The notes: generated from the letters alone by a model not told the origin. A stretch of 34,050 nucleotides of DNA from a virus (IMGVR_UViG_3300047159_000064), one strand, 5' to 3'. Shown: positions 7,327 to 17,112, numbered from the stretch's first letter. Translations and numbers: made by a program.

Positions 7327-7387
7327 ATTTAATTTAGCCTATTTATTTTTATTTTTTAATTATTTCGACATATTTCGTCAAAACGAC

Positions 7388-7485
7388 TGGCAGGAGCGGA
7401 AGGTGTCAAGCCCTCATAACTAAGGATGGACCCCTAGCTCACGATTTTGAAGATCGTTTCCATCGTCGGATGGTAAGACGCTCCT
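7388..7485 (-). tRNA. Opal-reading tRNA(TCA) with Trp-type acceptor and long variable arm
   Basis: AGGAGCG/CGCTCCT, G73-CCA; ACGAT-CTTCAAA-ATCGT; D stem CCATC/GATGG with 4-nt loop; 8-bp variable stem; T arm GAGGG-CTTGACA-CCTTC. Confidence 0.82.
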
Positions 7486-7498
7486 ATTAGGCGAACGA

Positions 7499-7693
7499 TT
7501 ATCTGCCTGATTGCTTTTCAGCTTCGGCGACAGACGCTTCGTATCATCCTATAAGCTCTTCGCAGGATTCGGCTATGAGACGCGCTTCCGTCAATTTGAT
7601 AACGGAAGGCGCGTCTAAGTCATATTCTTCTTTGAGCCTATCAGCGCGTTTTAGCAGAAGCGCGACCGAAGCGGCCTCGCTCTGCTTAGGCAT
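7499..7693 (-). CDS. Small helical protein (64 aa) with in-frame TGA at codon 50
   Basis: ATG overlaps the end of the upstream gene; frame continues ...EELIG[TGA]YEASVAEAEKQSGR-TAA. Confidence 0.5.
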
Positions 7694-9650
7694 TAAGCTT
7701 GCCCCCGTTTACCAAGGCGACAAGCTTCTCGAGCTCCCAGGTTCTCACGACGGTCTGGCCTTCCTTAGGAGTATACGTGTTGCTGAACACGATGGTGGCG
7801 TCTTCCGGCTTGACCACGCTGTATTCGCTGCGCAAATCGGCGACCAAGCCGCAGTTGAACTCGAGCGACGAATCGCTCATGTAGCGCATTACGACTTTGA
7901 GATCCTCAGGGCAGAGCACAAGGTTGTTGGCGTCGCGGATCATGTTGAGCATGACCACTTCGTTCTTCTCCAAGTCGAACGCGAACGCGATGCAGGCACG
8001 AGAATCGCCCTTGACCTGGAACTGGAACTCGATGTTCTTCGGATCCCAGGCTCTCGTCGCCAGGTTCTCTTTGTTCTGATAGCCGCAGAAGATCTCGCCT
8101 TCGTTGAGATTGGAAGCGAAGCCGTTAAAGGCCTGAATGACGTACTTATAGCCCTTGGCCTTGAGCTCAGAGAGCTTGAGATCGTAGTATTCGGATCCTG
8201 CGGCGTCGCGGCAGTCGCCTGAGAACATGATGGATAAGCCAAACGGCTTAGCCGCATAGTTATAGAAGCCGATCGTCGACACGTCGCCGTTGTCCTTGAC
8301 CAAAATCAAGGAAGAGTCGATGTCGAAAGCGTCTTTCCAATAAACGAAAGTGCGGATGTTGTCGTATCGGCACGGCAAGCGCGATCCGGTAGGAACGACG
8401 TCGATTCCTTTGCCGCCGGTCGAGGTGTTAGAAGGAATGCCGATCTTGTAGAATTCGTCAGACACGTAAGATTTGCCGATAGACGGCATAGCCGCGAACG
8501 CGTCCTTGACCTTCTGGCCGACCAAGTCGTGCAAAAGCTTCTTCGTCGAATCGTTGAGCTTGGATTTTCTCCAGGTGCTCTCGTAATCCGTTTCGATGTG
8601 GCGCTTCATGCGGTTGTTCTTAAAGAACGCGAACGTGCGAGGTCCTTCTTTGTCTTCAGACAAAGTAGAGACCATCTGGTAGAGAACGATAGGATTCTTC
8701 GCCGGAATCAAGTCTAAGATCTTGCCCGCTTCGATAGGATTGGCTCTCGAAAGCAAGTATTTGATGTTTCTCTGAAGCAACGAGCCATTGTGCGCGTAAA
8801 CCTGAGCGGCGCCGTAAACGTCTCCAGCGCGCATCTTGGCTTCGGCGAGCTTGTACGGAGAATTCGCGTTCGTCGCGACATTGGCCTTGACGCCGCAAAG
8901 GCTGCCGATCTTATTGTAGTATTTAGCCTGCTTTTTGGTGAGCGGGCAATCGTGGACCAAAGGATAGCATTCCTTGATGAGCTCTAGGTCGGTGCCTGAA
9001 TTCGCTTTCTTGTAATCGAATTTCTTGCAGTCGCCAAACATCGAAACAGAGAGCTTGACTAAGTCTTTCTTATCTAAGAAGCGCGCGAATTTGACGTTCT
9101 TTCTCAAAAGAGCAAAAACGTTTTCGCGGCACTTGATTTCGGTGCCTTTGTAATAGCCGTTTTCGAACAGCCATTCGAATTCGGCCTGCTCCTGGAGCCC
9201 AAACGGACGGGTATAGGCGCAATAAGAATCTGCCACGCCGCAAAGAATCTTCGTGGCTTCGTCCATCGTGACGATCTGGAACTCGCGGAGCTTCAATTCG
9301 TCGCCGACTTTGTATTCCGGCAGATCCTTGGCGTAGAGCTTGATGCGGTCGTAATAGCCGACGGTCTCCACCGCCAAATAAGAGACGAGCTGCTCGACGA
9401 GCAATTCGTGTCTAGTGTAGTATTTGGTGTCCTGCGGATTGGCGTAGAAGCTCGCCGGAACGTTGAGCTTGAACTCTCCGGAGATGATTTTGACCATCCC
9501 TTCGCTCAAAAGCTCAGGATGATTAACGACGACCCCGAAGTTGGCCAAAAGATACGCGTTGTAATAAGCGCTCTTTGCCTTATCGATTTGCGCGCCGTCC
9601 TCCAATAAGTAGTGGCGAGCAAACAGCAACTTGTCCATCGTAGATTCCAT
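7686..9650 (-). CDS. Large alpha-helical + C-terminal TerD-like domain protein (candidate RNA-binding partner of the Y-like RNAs)
   Basis: C-terminal RTFVYW...DIDSSL...FSGD...GSEYYDL...FCGY pattern resembles TerD-like folds; N-terminal ~400 aa look helical; no vWA DxSxS motif. Confidence 0.7.
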   Translation of the reverse strand: MESTMDKLLFARHYLLEDGAQIDKAKSAYYNAYLLANFGVVVNHPELLSEGMVKIISGEFKLNVPASFYANPQDTKYYTRHELLVEQLVSYLAVETVGYYDRIKLYAKDLPEYKVGDELKLREFQIVTMDEATKILCGVADSYCAYTRPFGLQEQAEFEWLFENGYYKGTEIKCRENVFALLRKNVKFARFLDKKDLVKLSVSMFGDCKKFDYKKANSGTDLELIKECYPLVHDCPLTKKQAKYYNKIGSLCGVKANVATNANSPYKLAEAKMRAGDVYGAAQVYAHNGSLLQRNIKYLLSRANPIEAGKILDLIPAKNPIVLYQMVSTLSEDKEGPRTFAFFKNNRMKRHIETDYESTWRKSKLNDSTKKLLHDLVGQKVKDAFAAMPSIGKSYVSDEFYKIGIPSNTSTGGKGIDVVPTGSRLPCRYDNIRTFVYWKDAFDIDSSLILVKDNGDVSTIGFYNYAAKPFGLSIMFSGDCRDAAGSEYYDLKLSELKAKGYKYVIQAFNGFASNLNEGEIFCGYQNKENLATRAWDPKNIEFQFQVKGDSRACIAFAFDLEKNEVVMLNMIRDANNLVLCPEDLKVVMRYMSDSSLEFNCGLVADLRSEYSVVKPEDATIVFSNTYTPKEGQTVVRTWELEKLVALVNGGKLNA

Positions 9651-9702
9651 AATCGGTTTTTCCTTCCGCAGTTATCCTGCTTTATCTTTTTATTTATATA
9701 AA

Positions 9703-10110
9703 GGGCGTCTCAGGATTCTTGAACCAGCTAAATTAATTCCAATTTTTTGAAATAAGCATGGTTTCGACCCGAGACGCCCAATACATAATTATATTGGCCT
9801 GGCTATTGATTTTTGGGAAAAAAATTATTTGAAATAAGCCCAGGCTCTCGGGAATTTATTTAACGTGCTTTTCCTTGGCACGTTATATTATACGCCGATA
9901 TCTTAAATTTTTAGCGACAAAAAAATCCTCGGCTTTTCGTCGAGGACTATTTTCATAATAGGCTTGGCTATTGTAGCCAGCCGTTTTACGGGTTGGCTAT
10001 TTCATTTTCCATATGAATTTTTGAAATAAGCACAAGCTCTAAATCTTACAGAATAATGGCCTAACTAATTGGTATTGCATTCAATGTGTAATGAAATAAG
10101 TATAGGCTCT
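9703..10110 (-). repeat. Four tandem bulged-stem RNA motifs (GCTTATTTCA...TAGC)
   Basis: Copies at 10059-10110, 9961-10040, 9797-9848 and 9703-9779 with covarying outer stems; same motif at 2979-3090. Confidence 0.85.
9919..9946 (-). terminator. Rho-independent terminator after motif copies 1-2
   Basis: TCCTCG-ACGAAAAGC-CGAGGA followed by a T7 tract. Confidence 0.75.
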
Positions 10111-10115
10111 AAATT

Positions 10116-10123
10116 ATTATACG
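10116..10123 (-). promoter_or_regulatory. CGTATAAT -10 element (representative of 10 copies)
   Basis: Also at 766, 5469, 7085, 9887, 10718, 13372, 14315, 16563 and 23658, each upstream of a gene or RNA. Confidence 0.8.
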
Positions 10124-10143
10124 ACAAACTTAAGGATTTTAAT

Positions 10144-10458
10144 TTACTCGACGCAGGCTACGTCTCCATGCGCAGGACGCGATTCCCCATAGGCTGCCTC
10201 GACTGCCGCCGCCATGCAAGAAGCCTCTTCTATCATGCAGCTGTATACGCGGCTGTATTTTTCGCTCAGCTTCGCTCTTGTGGCAGAAAGCTTGCTTATC
10301 ATGTCGTCTATCGATCCGTCTTTGCACGGATTGAAGCTGGATTCCTTCAATTTGGACAGCGTTTTTATGTACTTGTCTACTTCGCTCTCCTCTGTTTGGA
10401 TGTCTTCTACCTCTCTGCACAGCGAATCATAGCTATAATCAGCCATAAAATAAAACAA
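10144..10458 (-). CDS. Hypothetical coiled-coil protein
   Basis: ORF track; start may be ATG 10446; TAA stop. Confidence 0.7.
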   Translation of the reverse strand: MFYFMADYSYDSLCREVEDIQTEESEVDKYIKTLSKLKESSFNPCKDGSIDDMISKLSATRAKLSEKYSRVYSCMIEEASCMAAAVEAAYGESRPAHGDVACVE

Positions 10459-10504
10459 GCTCCTTTGCTCTAATCTGTTCGTCCGACCTACAAATTTAGC
10501 GAAT

Positions 10505-10702
10505 CTACATCGGCTTTTGGCCGTCGTTTTCCATCTCGACGGACAAATCCACGTCCGCGCAGGCAGACACGAGGCTGACGTCTATCTTCATCCTGCATTT
10601 AGATAGGCATAGGCTGCAGTTTGACACTATATAGGGCATTCCGCCCAAACTAATCGTTCTGCTGCCTTTAAGGGCGTCCATTACGGCTTCCGTTCCAAAC
10701 AT
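10505..10702 (-). CDS. Small hypothetical protein
   Basis: 65 aa, AAAGGA RBS, CGTATAAT promoter upstream. Confidence 0.65.
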   Translation of the reverse strand: MFGTEAVMDALKGSRTISLGGMPYIVSNCSLCLSKCRMKIDVSLVSACADVDLSVEMENDGQKPM

Positions 10703-10791
10703 ACCATATTCCTTTTTATTATACGATAGGGCAATAAATAAGGCGCGACGCCTAAACGCCGTGCCTAATAGCCTGCGCTTTTTAGCCGGCT

Positions 10792-11136
10792 CTATGCGCT
10801 ATGGGCGCCAGAATCGGCTTTCCTGTCTTCATCGTCGTCGTCTTCGACGTCGACTGAGTCTTTGGCCAAGGTGACGCACATTCTACCGTCGTCTACGCAG
10901 AACCCGCTTATCTTGCGGCTTAGAAGCTCCGGGCTAAGCACCGTGTCCAGCGGATCCAAGTCATCGGCGAAATCGGAAATGCCGAAATCGAACCAGTGAT
11001 TGAGATCGTCGGCGTTATAGTAGATTCTCACGATAGAAGAGCTTTGCTTGACGGTGCCGTTCTTGTCAAGCTGAACCTCTTTGAACATGAAATACGACAG
11101 AAATACGTCTAAGCTAACAGTCGCTGTCTTATCCAT
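10792..11136 (-). CDS. Hypothetical protein, acidic tail
   Basis: 114 aa; TAATG overlap with the upstream gene. Confidence 0.8.
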   Translation of the reverse strand: MDKTATVSLDVFLSYFMFKEVQLDKNGTVKQSSSIVRIYYNADDLNHWFDFGISDFADDLDPLDTVLSPELLSRKISGFCVDDGRMCVTLAKDSVDVEDDDDEDRKADSGAHSA

Positions 11137-13349
11137 TATCGTTCGCCTCCCAGGAACCGGTCTCTCAGACTGATGATATCAGTCTTATAAGGATATTCCT
11201 TGGTCTCCTTGTTTCTGTCTTTATCATACAGCTTTCTGCAGAATCCGTAAAACGCGTTCTCCAATGAGTTCTGCAATGCGCCAGTTTTGGCGTAATAGCC
11301 GCAGCGAAGCGTCTGGTCGGCGACGCTGCGAAGTTTCTTCCATTGGTTGTAATAGCCTGTTTTGCACTTGGTCATGAAGCCATCGGAATCGACGAAAACG
11401 AAGCCTTCGATGTATCTGCCTTCGTATTTGTAGTCTTCGCTCTGCATGCCGGAGTAGACGCTCAAGAACTGATCCCAGTCCTTTAGTTCGAACGCTTTCT
11501 CTTTGACGCTGCAGCCGATCTTGTTATCGGCGAAATCCTTAAGATCGCTGTACGGAACTGTGCCGTATTCAAGCTTGTTGTAGATGCCGTCAAGCAATAC
11601 GATGTTGTTTTTGGCGTACTTGATGATATGAGGGTCATGCTCGACGTCCTCGCACTCGAACACCAGCGAGAGATCTGAGCCGCTTTCGTGATAATAGCGA
11701 AGGTACTTAAGCAAATTAGCATAATAAGGCTCAAGCTGCGCTCTGATGTATCCGGCGAAATCTCCGCCCGTCGTCGACTTAGACGCGATAAACAGGCTGT
11801 CGTTTCTGTAATCATAGGACACGATGGCCAAGAATCCGTTCTCCTTGACGTACGCGGTCACCGGGAATTTAAGCTTCGTGCGCAAAGCGCAGAGCTTAGT
11901 CTCAGCTGTTTCGTCGATGCGGAAAAACTTCTCGTAAGAGCGCGCCATGATTTTCTTATTCGTGACATCGATGAACAAGCCTCTGGCGAGAATGGTCTGC
12001 TTGTTCCAATTGCCCTGCCAGAAAGCGTCGCGGGTGAAATTGAAAGACGAAACGTCGGCGTCGAGGTGCTTTTCCTGGACGCAGTCGTTGTTGCGCAAAT
12101 ACGCGATGGCGTCTTCAACCGTGTCGACCTTGCGCTGCGTCGTGTCTTCGCTCTCTGTCACCGGCTGGCAGTCGTCAAGCTCGACGACGGTCCATTTCAG
12201 GTCCGCGGTCAATTCTACCAAACGGAGCTTGCCGCCGAATTCGACGCCGCCTTCGAGATTGAACACCCTGTCGGCGATCTGCGTCGGATCGTCGAAAACG
12301 TTGCGATGCGCATGAACCTGGAACTGATTGTCTTTGGAATCGCGCATCCAGACTTCGGCGATGGTCTGGCTGTCTTTGACGTCTCCGACGCCGTTGATGA
12401 AATCTTTCGTAGGAAGATACACCAAATTGTCTTTCATCGACGGAATGCCGCCGTGGCAAGCCAAAATCTCCAACCCGTTGTAAGTGAAATGCGACATCTG
12501 GCGGCATTTGCGATAGAGCATTCTCGCGTCTTTCTCGCTGATCCCGCCGGCGACGAGCTGCGGCTTCGTCTTCTGCTCGAATTCCAAAGAGGCGGCTTTC
12601 GCCGAATTGCCGAAGTCGCGGATGCTGACGTCGTGATTGCCTTCGAGCAGGCAGACGTTAGGCTTATTCATGATAGAAATGAGCCAGCGAACGACCTCGG
12701 CGTTCTGGTTGCCGCGATCAACGTAATCGCCTAAAAAGATATACTCGGTGTCGTCGGCCAAGCCGTTTTTGAAATACTGCATGGCTGTGTCGTAGCAGCC
12801 GCGGAGGCTTCCGACGAAAACGATTTTCTTGTACTGCGACAGATCGAAGCTTTTCTCAAGAACGGCGTCAAGCTCGTCAGGCTTAATAACCTTGATGCTG
12901 CCTGGTACCTTCTGAGTGGCGAATCTAGCGTAGATGTTCTCGATGCTGTCATCTGGCACCCATTTGTATTCCGGGCGCATTTTGTTGCGCTTAAGGCATT
13001 CGTCGAGCGGCACGCCGGTGAAATCTACGCAGAAAACATTGTACCGATACTGTTCGGCCAAATCTTTGTATTGCTGGATGTCTTTGGTCTTAGACGCGGT
13101 GGCGTCGATGACCGTGAACTCGCCTTTGCTCATGCGGTAATCGAGCATCTCGAAGAGAAGCTTCCATACCTCTGTCTCAACCTCGCGGTTGCGGCCGATC
13201 GAAAACGTGCCGTCGGCTTTCATGTCGATGGAGCTGCAAAGCACGCGAAGATCGTCTGGGCACAGCGTGTACTGCTCGAGATGATGCTCTTTGACCCAGG
13301 TCGATTTTCCTGCGCCAGGCGCCCCGCGAAGAATAAGCAATGTTCTCAT
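11136..13349 (-). CDS. Pnkp-like polynucleotide kinase / metallophosphoesterase / Rnl1-type RNA ligase fusion
   Basis: N-terminal GAPGAGKST P-loop and DAT motif; GDYVDRG and GNHD calcineurin-like motifs; C-terminal KENGF (KxxG) and EGFV..KCK ligase motifs. Confidence 0.92.
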   Translation of the reverse strand: MRTLLILRGAPGAGKSTWVKEHHLEQYTLCPDDLRVLCSSIDMKADGTFSIGRNREVETEVWKLLFEMLDYRMSKGEFTVIDATASKTKDIQQYKDLAEQYRYNVFCVDFTGVPLDECLKRNKMRPEYKWVPDDSIENIYARFATQKVPGSIKVIKPDELDAVLEKSFDLSQYKKIVFVGSLRGCYDTAMQYFKNGLADDTEYIFLGDYVDRGNQNAEVVRWLISIMNKPNVCLLEGNHDVSIRDFGNSAKAASLEFEQKTKPQLVAGGISEKDARMLYRKCRQMSHFTYNGLEILACHGGIPSMKDNLVYLPTKDFINGVGDVKDSQTIAEVWMRDSKDNQFQVHAHRNVFDDPTQIADRVFNLEGGVEFGGKLRLVELTADLKWTVVELDDCQPVTESEDTTQRKVDTVEDAIAYLRNNDCVQEKHLDADVSSFNFTRDAFWQGNWNKQTILARGLFIDVTNKKIMARSYEKFFRIDETAETKLCALRTKLKFPVTAYVKENGFLAIVSYDYRNDSLFIASKSTTGGDFAGYIRAQLEPYYANLLKYLRYYHESGSDLSLVFECEDVEHDPHIIKYAKNNIVLLDGIYNKLEYGTVPYSDLKDFADNKIGCSVKEKAFELKDWDQFLSVYSGMQSEDYKYEGRYIEGFVFVDSDGFMTKCKTGYYNQWKKLRSVADQTLRCGYYAKTGALQNSLENAFYGFCRKLYDKDRNKETKEYPYKTDIISLRDRFLGGER

Positions 13350-13463
13350 TTTAAAGATCTCCCAATAGCTTATTATACGGCTAACCGCGCTGGCGATTGA
13401 CGATTTTAAGCAAAATAAAAGCCGCGAAACGATATCGCGGCCTTCGTCGTACTACGGCTTCGC

Positions 13464-14288
13464 CTATTTGGCTTTGGCGTCTTTGGCGAGCTGCGCCTCA
13501 AGATACGGCATCAGCTTGTCCCAGTCTCCGGTCTTCTCTATGACGGTCTTGTCTTCGCCCAGCTTGCGATCGAACATCTCATGATAGTATTTCGACGCAA
13601 TGACGGCGTTGGTCTTAGGATCCAAAAGCATGTATTTCATGCCGTCTTCGCATCTCGCCGCGAATCTGTATTTGTAATCCCAATCGTCGGTCCATTCCAA
13701 ATACCCGTCTGTGACGTCGACCCCGTTGTCTTTCATGAACTGCAGCGCCTTGATCAAAGCCAGCATGAATTCTTCTCCGCCGACGTATCTGACGTCGTCG
13801 CTGATCGACAGGGTCATGTCGGTCGCGAACTCGAACCAGCTGAATCTGAAATGCCAATACTTCTTCATCTCGTCGTACGTCATTCCTTTAAACGGAATGC
13901 CCGAATACATCTTCTCAAGCTTCTTGGCGGCCTGCTTCACGACGTACGGGCGCTCTGACGAAGAGCTGCTGCGGAACCGGCCGACAGGCTGGTATTCGTA
14001 GTGCTGGATCATGTCATATTCTCCGCTCGGGAGCATGCTCATGGCCTTCTCGATGATCGGCTTGCAGCGCGGCAGAGAATAGAGATCGACGTCCGCCTGA
14101 AGGGCAGCCGTGCTCTTTTTCTTAGAGCTGAAGCAATCCATGAACGGCTCCGGCATCTCGATGACGATCTGCTCGTCAGGATACGGGACAGACACGTTCG
14201 TGTATCTGCCTGTCTTAGGATCTGTCTTAGAATTAAACACGCTGCCCGACAGCTCGAAGCCGCCTCTAACATGCACCCAGTCGCTCAT
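13464..14288 (-). CDS. Hypothetical protein
   Basis: 274 aa, AAGGAG RBS, own CGTATAAT promoter. Confidence 0.85.
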   Translation of the reverse strand: MSDWVHVRGGFELSGSVFNSKTDPKTGRYTNVSVPYPDEQIVIEMPEPFMDCFSSKKKSTAALQADVDLYSLPRCKPIIEKAMSMLPSGEYDMIQHYEYQPVGRFRSSSSSERPYVVKQAAKKLEKMYSGIPFKGMTYDEMKKYWHFRFSWFEFATDMTLSISDDVRYVGGEEFMLALIKALQFMKDNGVDVTDGYLEWTDDWDYKYRFAARCEDGMKYMLLDPKTNAVIASKYYHEMFDRKLGEDKTVIEKTGDWDKLMPYLEAQLAKDAKAK

Positions 14289-14471
14289 GGCTACAATTCT
14301 CCTTTAAACGAGCTATTATACGACAAAAAACAAAAGCGCCGTGAATAAATCGCAGCGCTTAGCATTTTTATGTGATATATTATGATACTATTATGTATTA
14401 TTATAATAATATATTTAGTATTATTTAAGTATTATTAAAGAAGTATAATACTGATATTAATCAGCGCCAGA

Positions 14472-15701
14472 CTACTCTGTTCCGTAGTATTCGCTATAGA
14501 TCTCTTCCCAGTGATCCATGCCGTCTATGTAGTAAAGGCCTCCAGCTGCCGCCGCTTCAGCTTTCGTCAGCTTAGTGTATCGTATCTCGTGCATGACCTC
14601 TGAGTAATCGCCAGTCGGCTTATCCGCTCCGCCGAAATTATCCTGCGTCAGAAGATTCGGATTGGCTGAAGACGACCAGCTTAAGTGCGTCGTTGTGTAA
14701 GACGAATCTCTCGCATCTATGCCTTCATGGCTTCTGCCCATTACTGAAACAGCTACGACCGACAGCTTAGAAAAATCAGGCAGCTGATCTTCAGACAGCG
14801 GCTTCGGCCATTTGTAGCCGTTCATCAAATCTGCCGTATTCACGTTCGTCAAATCGAAGAACCCTCTTGGCTCATACGCCGATTCGGCATATATATTGCC
14901 GTCGTCGTCATCTAAGAACACTGTCGCTCCGCCTATGCGCTTCCAAAAATCATTGTACGGTCTCTCTGCGTCCTTATCGTCTTGCTTCTTCATCTTAAGC
15001 GCGATGTTAAGCAGATTATTGAATGCCTTAATAAGCAGTGCGTCATCCATAAAAGTTTGGCCAGTTATCTGCGCACGTTGGCTGTACTGGCTGCAAGCCG
15101 CATCTGCGTCGAAAGAGGCATGAATGGTTACATACACATCTTTAAGCTCATCTCTTCAGTCTCATGACATAACGTTATCGAGCGTTAGCTCCGGCTCTAA
15201 TCCTATTAACTTTTTGCACTCATCCAACAGCTTTTGATCGACCATTGACTTCAGCTGCGGGGCAATCTTTGCCACTCTTTCGTTCACCGCAGCCAGCGTC
15301 GTCTGAAGCTTAGCTGCGAAATCAATTCTGCTCTTAGCTTTTTCTTTTTCGCTAAAAGCATAGATATAATCATAATTATCCTTGAAAACGTGAACCCACA
15401 AAGCTATCGCAGCCTTGACTGCTGGAATATTTTTATCCTGCTTTATTATGTCGCCGTATACGCCGCGGCGCATAAGAGCGCCGCTATCATTGAAAATAGA
15501 CAAAAGCCCTAGACCTGACAACGCAGAATCATAAGCCATATGAAAAGCGTCTAAGTCTATTTTTTTTCTGTCCTTCAGCGTATCCGTATATAGCTTCAAA
15601 GCGGCGGCTGTGTCTGCAGCTGAAATGTTTATGTAGTCAGATTTATAGCTCTCGTCTAAGCGATTGAGCTCATCGAAAGCCTCCAATATATGTCTAGCCA
15701 T
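14472..15701 (-). CDS. Hypothetical 409-aa protein with two in-frame TGA (joins track ORFs 15162..15701 and 14472..15137)
   Basis: Same frame: ...VMS[TGA]D[TGA]RDELKDVYV...; AAGGAG RBS at the 15701 start. Confidence 0.75.
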
Positions 15702-15832
15702 TTTTATCTCCTTGCGCTTTAAATCAATATACGAGCATAAATTATGCTCTTGCTCATATAATTTAGCTCATTTTTAAGCCAAATAAAAAGCACCGGCAGA
15801 ATGAAGCCGATGCCCTACGGTCATAAATACAG

Positions 15833-16084
15833 CTACTGCGGCTTGACCGCTGAAACCCCCGAGGCGGACATTTTCTTGAAAAACGAGAAATAAATGCCTA
15901 TGCCGTCTACGTATATGAAGTATTTTTCAGCGTTGTTTGTTTCGCTGACGACCAGTTTTTTGTAGCGCATCTGGCTCAAATAAAGGGCTCCGACGGGTTT
16001 ATGATCGATGTTCTGCAACTCTATGATAGGCGGCGTCTGTTCTTCGGCGTAAACCTTGAAAAGAGTGGTTAAGCTTGATTCCAT
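15833..16084 (-). CDS. Hypothetical protein
   Basis: 83 aa ORF, TAG stop. Confidence 0.7.
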   Translation of the reverse strand: MESSLTTLFKVYAEEQTPPIIELQNIDHKPVGALYLSQMRYKKLVVSETNNAEKYFIYVDGIGIYFSFFKKMSASGVSAVKPQ

Positions 16085-16085
16085 T

Positions 16086-16574
16086 TTAAAAAAGGCTCCA
16101 TGGCAGTTTTCTATAGTCTACCATATCTGAATCTGGCCTGTATACGCCGGCTAATACGTCAAGCCGATGCCCGCATCTTACATAAGTCCTGTATTCAGCC
16201 TGGCAATCTTTGACAATCCGGCATTCTTCGCCATAAAAATCTACGACATTCTCGAGATTCTTTATAGTCAGTATCAATTCTAAATCGTCTACGCAAGCTA
16301 GCGTCTTTTTGCAGTATTTGTCGTACATTTTGCTCTTAAGGTCTTTGAATTTTTTGTATACGTGACGCGTCGATCTCAGATATGACATCGACGTTGCGTA
16401 TTCTTTTGGCGAGCGAATGAGCATGAATTCGCTGTGCTTGCCGTTTTTGGCCCTATTGAGCAGCGCTTGCGTCAGCTGCGTCGAATCGTCTTTTGCTTCG
16501 CCTTTTTCCGCGCTTTGCTTTTCTTCGTTGTTTTCAGCCATTGATGTGGTATTCCTTTTGATATTATACGGCAT
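16086..16574 (-). CDS. Hypothetical protein
   Basis: ORF track; likely start at MAENNEE after AAGGA RBS. Confidence 0.8.
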   Translation of the reverse strand: MPYNIKRNTTSMAENNEEKQSAEKGEAKDDSTQLTQALLNRAKNGKHSEFMLIRSPKEYATSMSYLRSTRHVYKKFKDLKSKMYDKYCKKTLACVDDLELILTIKNLENVVDFYGEECRIVKDCQAEYRTYVRCGHRLDVLAGVYRPDSDMVDYRKLPWSLF

Positions 16575-16632
16575 AATGTCAGCATAAAAAAAGGGGAAGG
16601 CCTCAGCGATTCCCCTAGCGTTGTTTTAGAGT

Positions 16633-17112
16633 CTATAGAACGAATTCAGAGAAGAACTCGTCGATCATGTTGTTGAATTTGACGAATGGATCTTTGCTGT
16701 CGCCTTTGCCCCAGCGCGTGATAGTCGTCACATTATCGCCGTCATGCAAGGTCATGTGATAGCCTTCTGGGTGCTTTGCCGTGAATTCGTCTAGCGCTTT
16801 CGCGTAAGCGTCTTCAGTCTCTGTCAATTTGGCGCTTGCAGCTTTCGTTGCATCGGCATAGGCGTCTCTTGCGGCCAGCATGGCTTTATTGTATGCTTTG
16901 CCAGCTTCTAGCACGCTGGCGTTGTATTCTGCGCGAGCCGCATTGCGCGAAGCGAAGGCAGCTTCTACTTTAGAGGCGTCTTCTTTGCGCTCCACCTGTT
17001 TGTTTTGTTCCGCCTTGTGTTTGCTAAGCACTGCCTCTTCGGCTGCCTTAAGCTCTTCCGGCGTGGCGAATTTCTTCGCCTCAAGCTCTTTCATGTCTGA
17101 TACGTACTTCAT
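16633..17112 (-). CDS. Hypothetical Ala/Glu-rich helical protein
   Basis: 159 aa, AGGAGG RBS. Confidence 0.85.
   Translation of the reverse strand: MKYVSDMKELEAKKFATPEELKAAEEAVLSKHKAEQNKQVERKEDASKVEAAFASRNAARAEYNASVLEAGKAYNKAMLAARDAYADATKAASAKLTETEDAYAKALDEFTAKHPEGYHMTLHDGDNVTTITRWGKGDSKDPFVKFNNMIDEFFSEFVL

Noticed and set aside
7388-7485. Ordinary selenocysteine tRNA (selC)
   Set aside because: 7/5 rather than 8/5 fold, Trp-type acceptor, and no SECIS-like context at the TGA sites; not fully excluded
681-7485. HDV-like theta ribozymes 3' of tRNAs
   Set aside because: No nested double-pseudoknot pattern found by eye after any tRNA, and the tRNAs encode CCA; an RNArobo/Infernal search would be needed to exclude them
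9703-10110. CRISPR array interpretation of the GAAATAAGC repeats
   Set aside because: Only a ~10-nt core is shared, spacing is irregular, flanks covary as RNA stems, and no cas gene is present
11688-12734. Long plus-strand ORFs (also 7575..8222, 19776..20546, 22859..23725, 30139..31059)
   Set aside because: Antisense shadows of well-supported GC-rich minus-strand genes; no RBS or motifs
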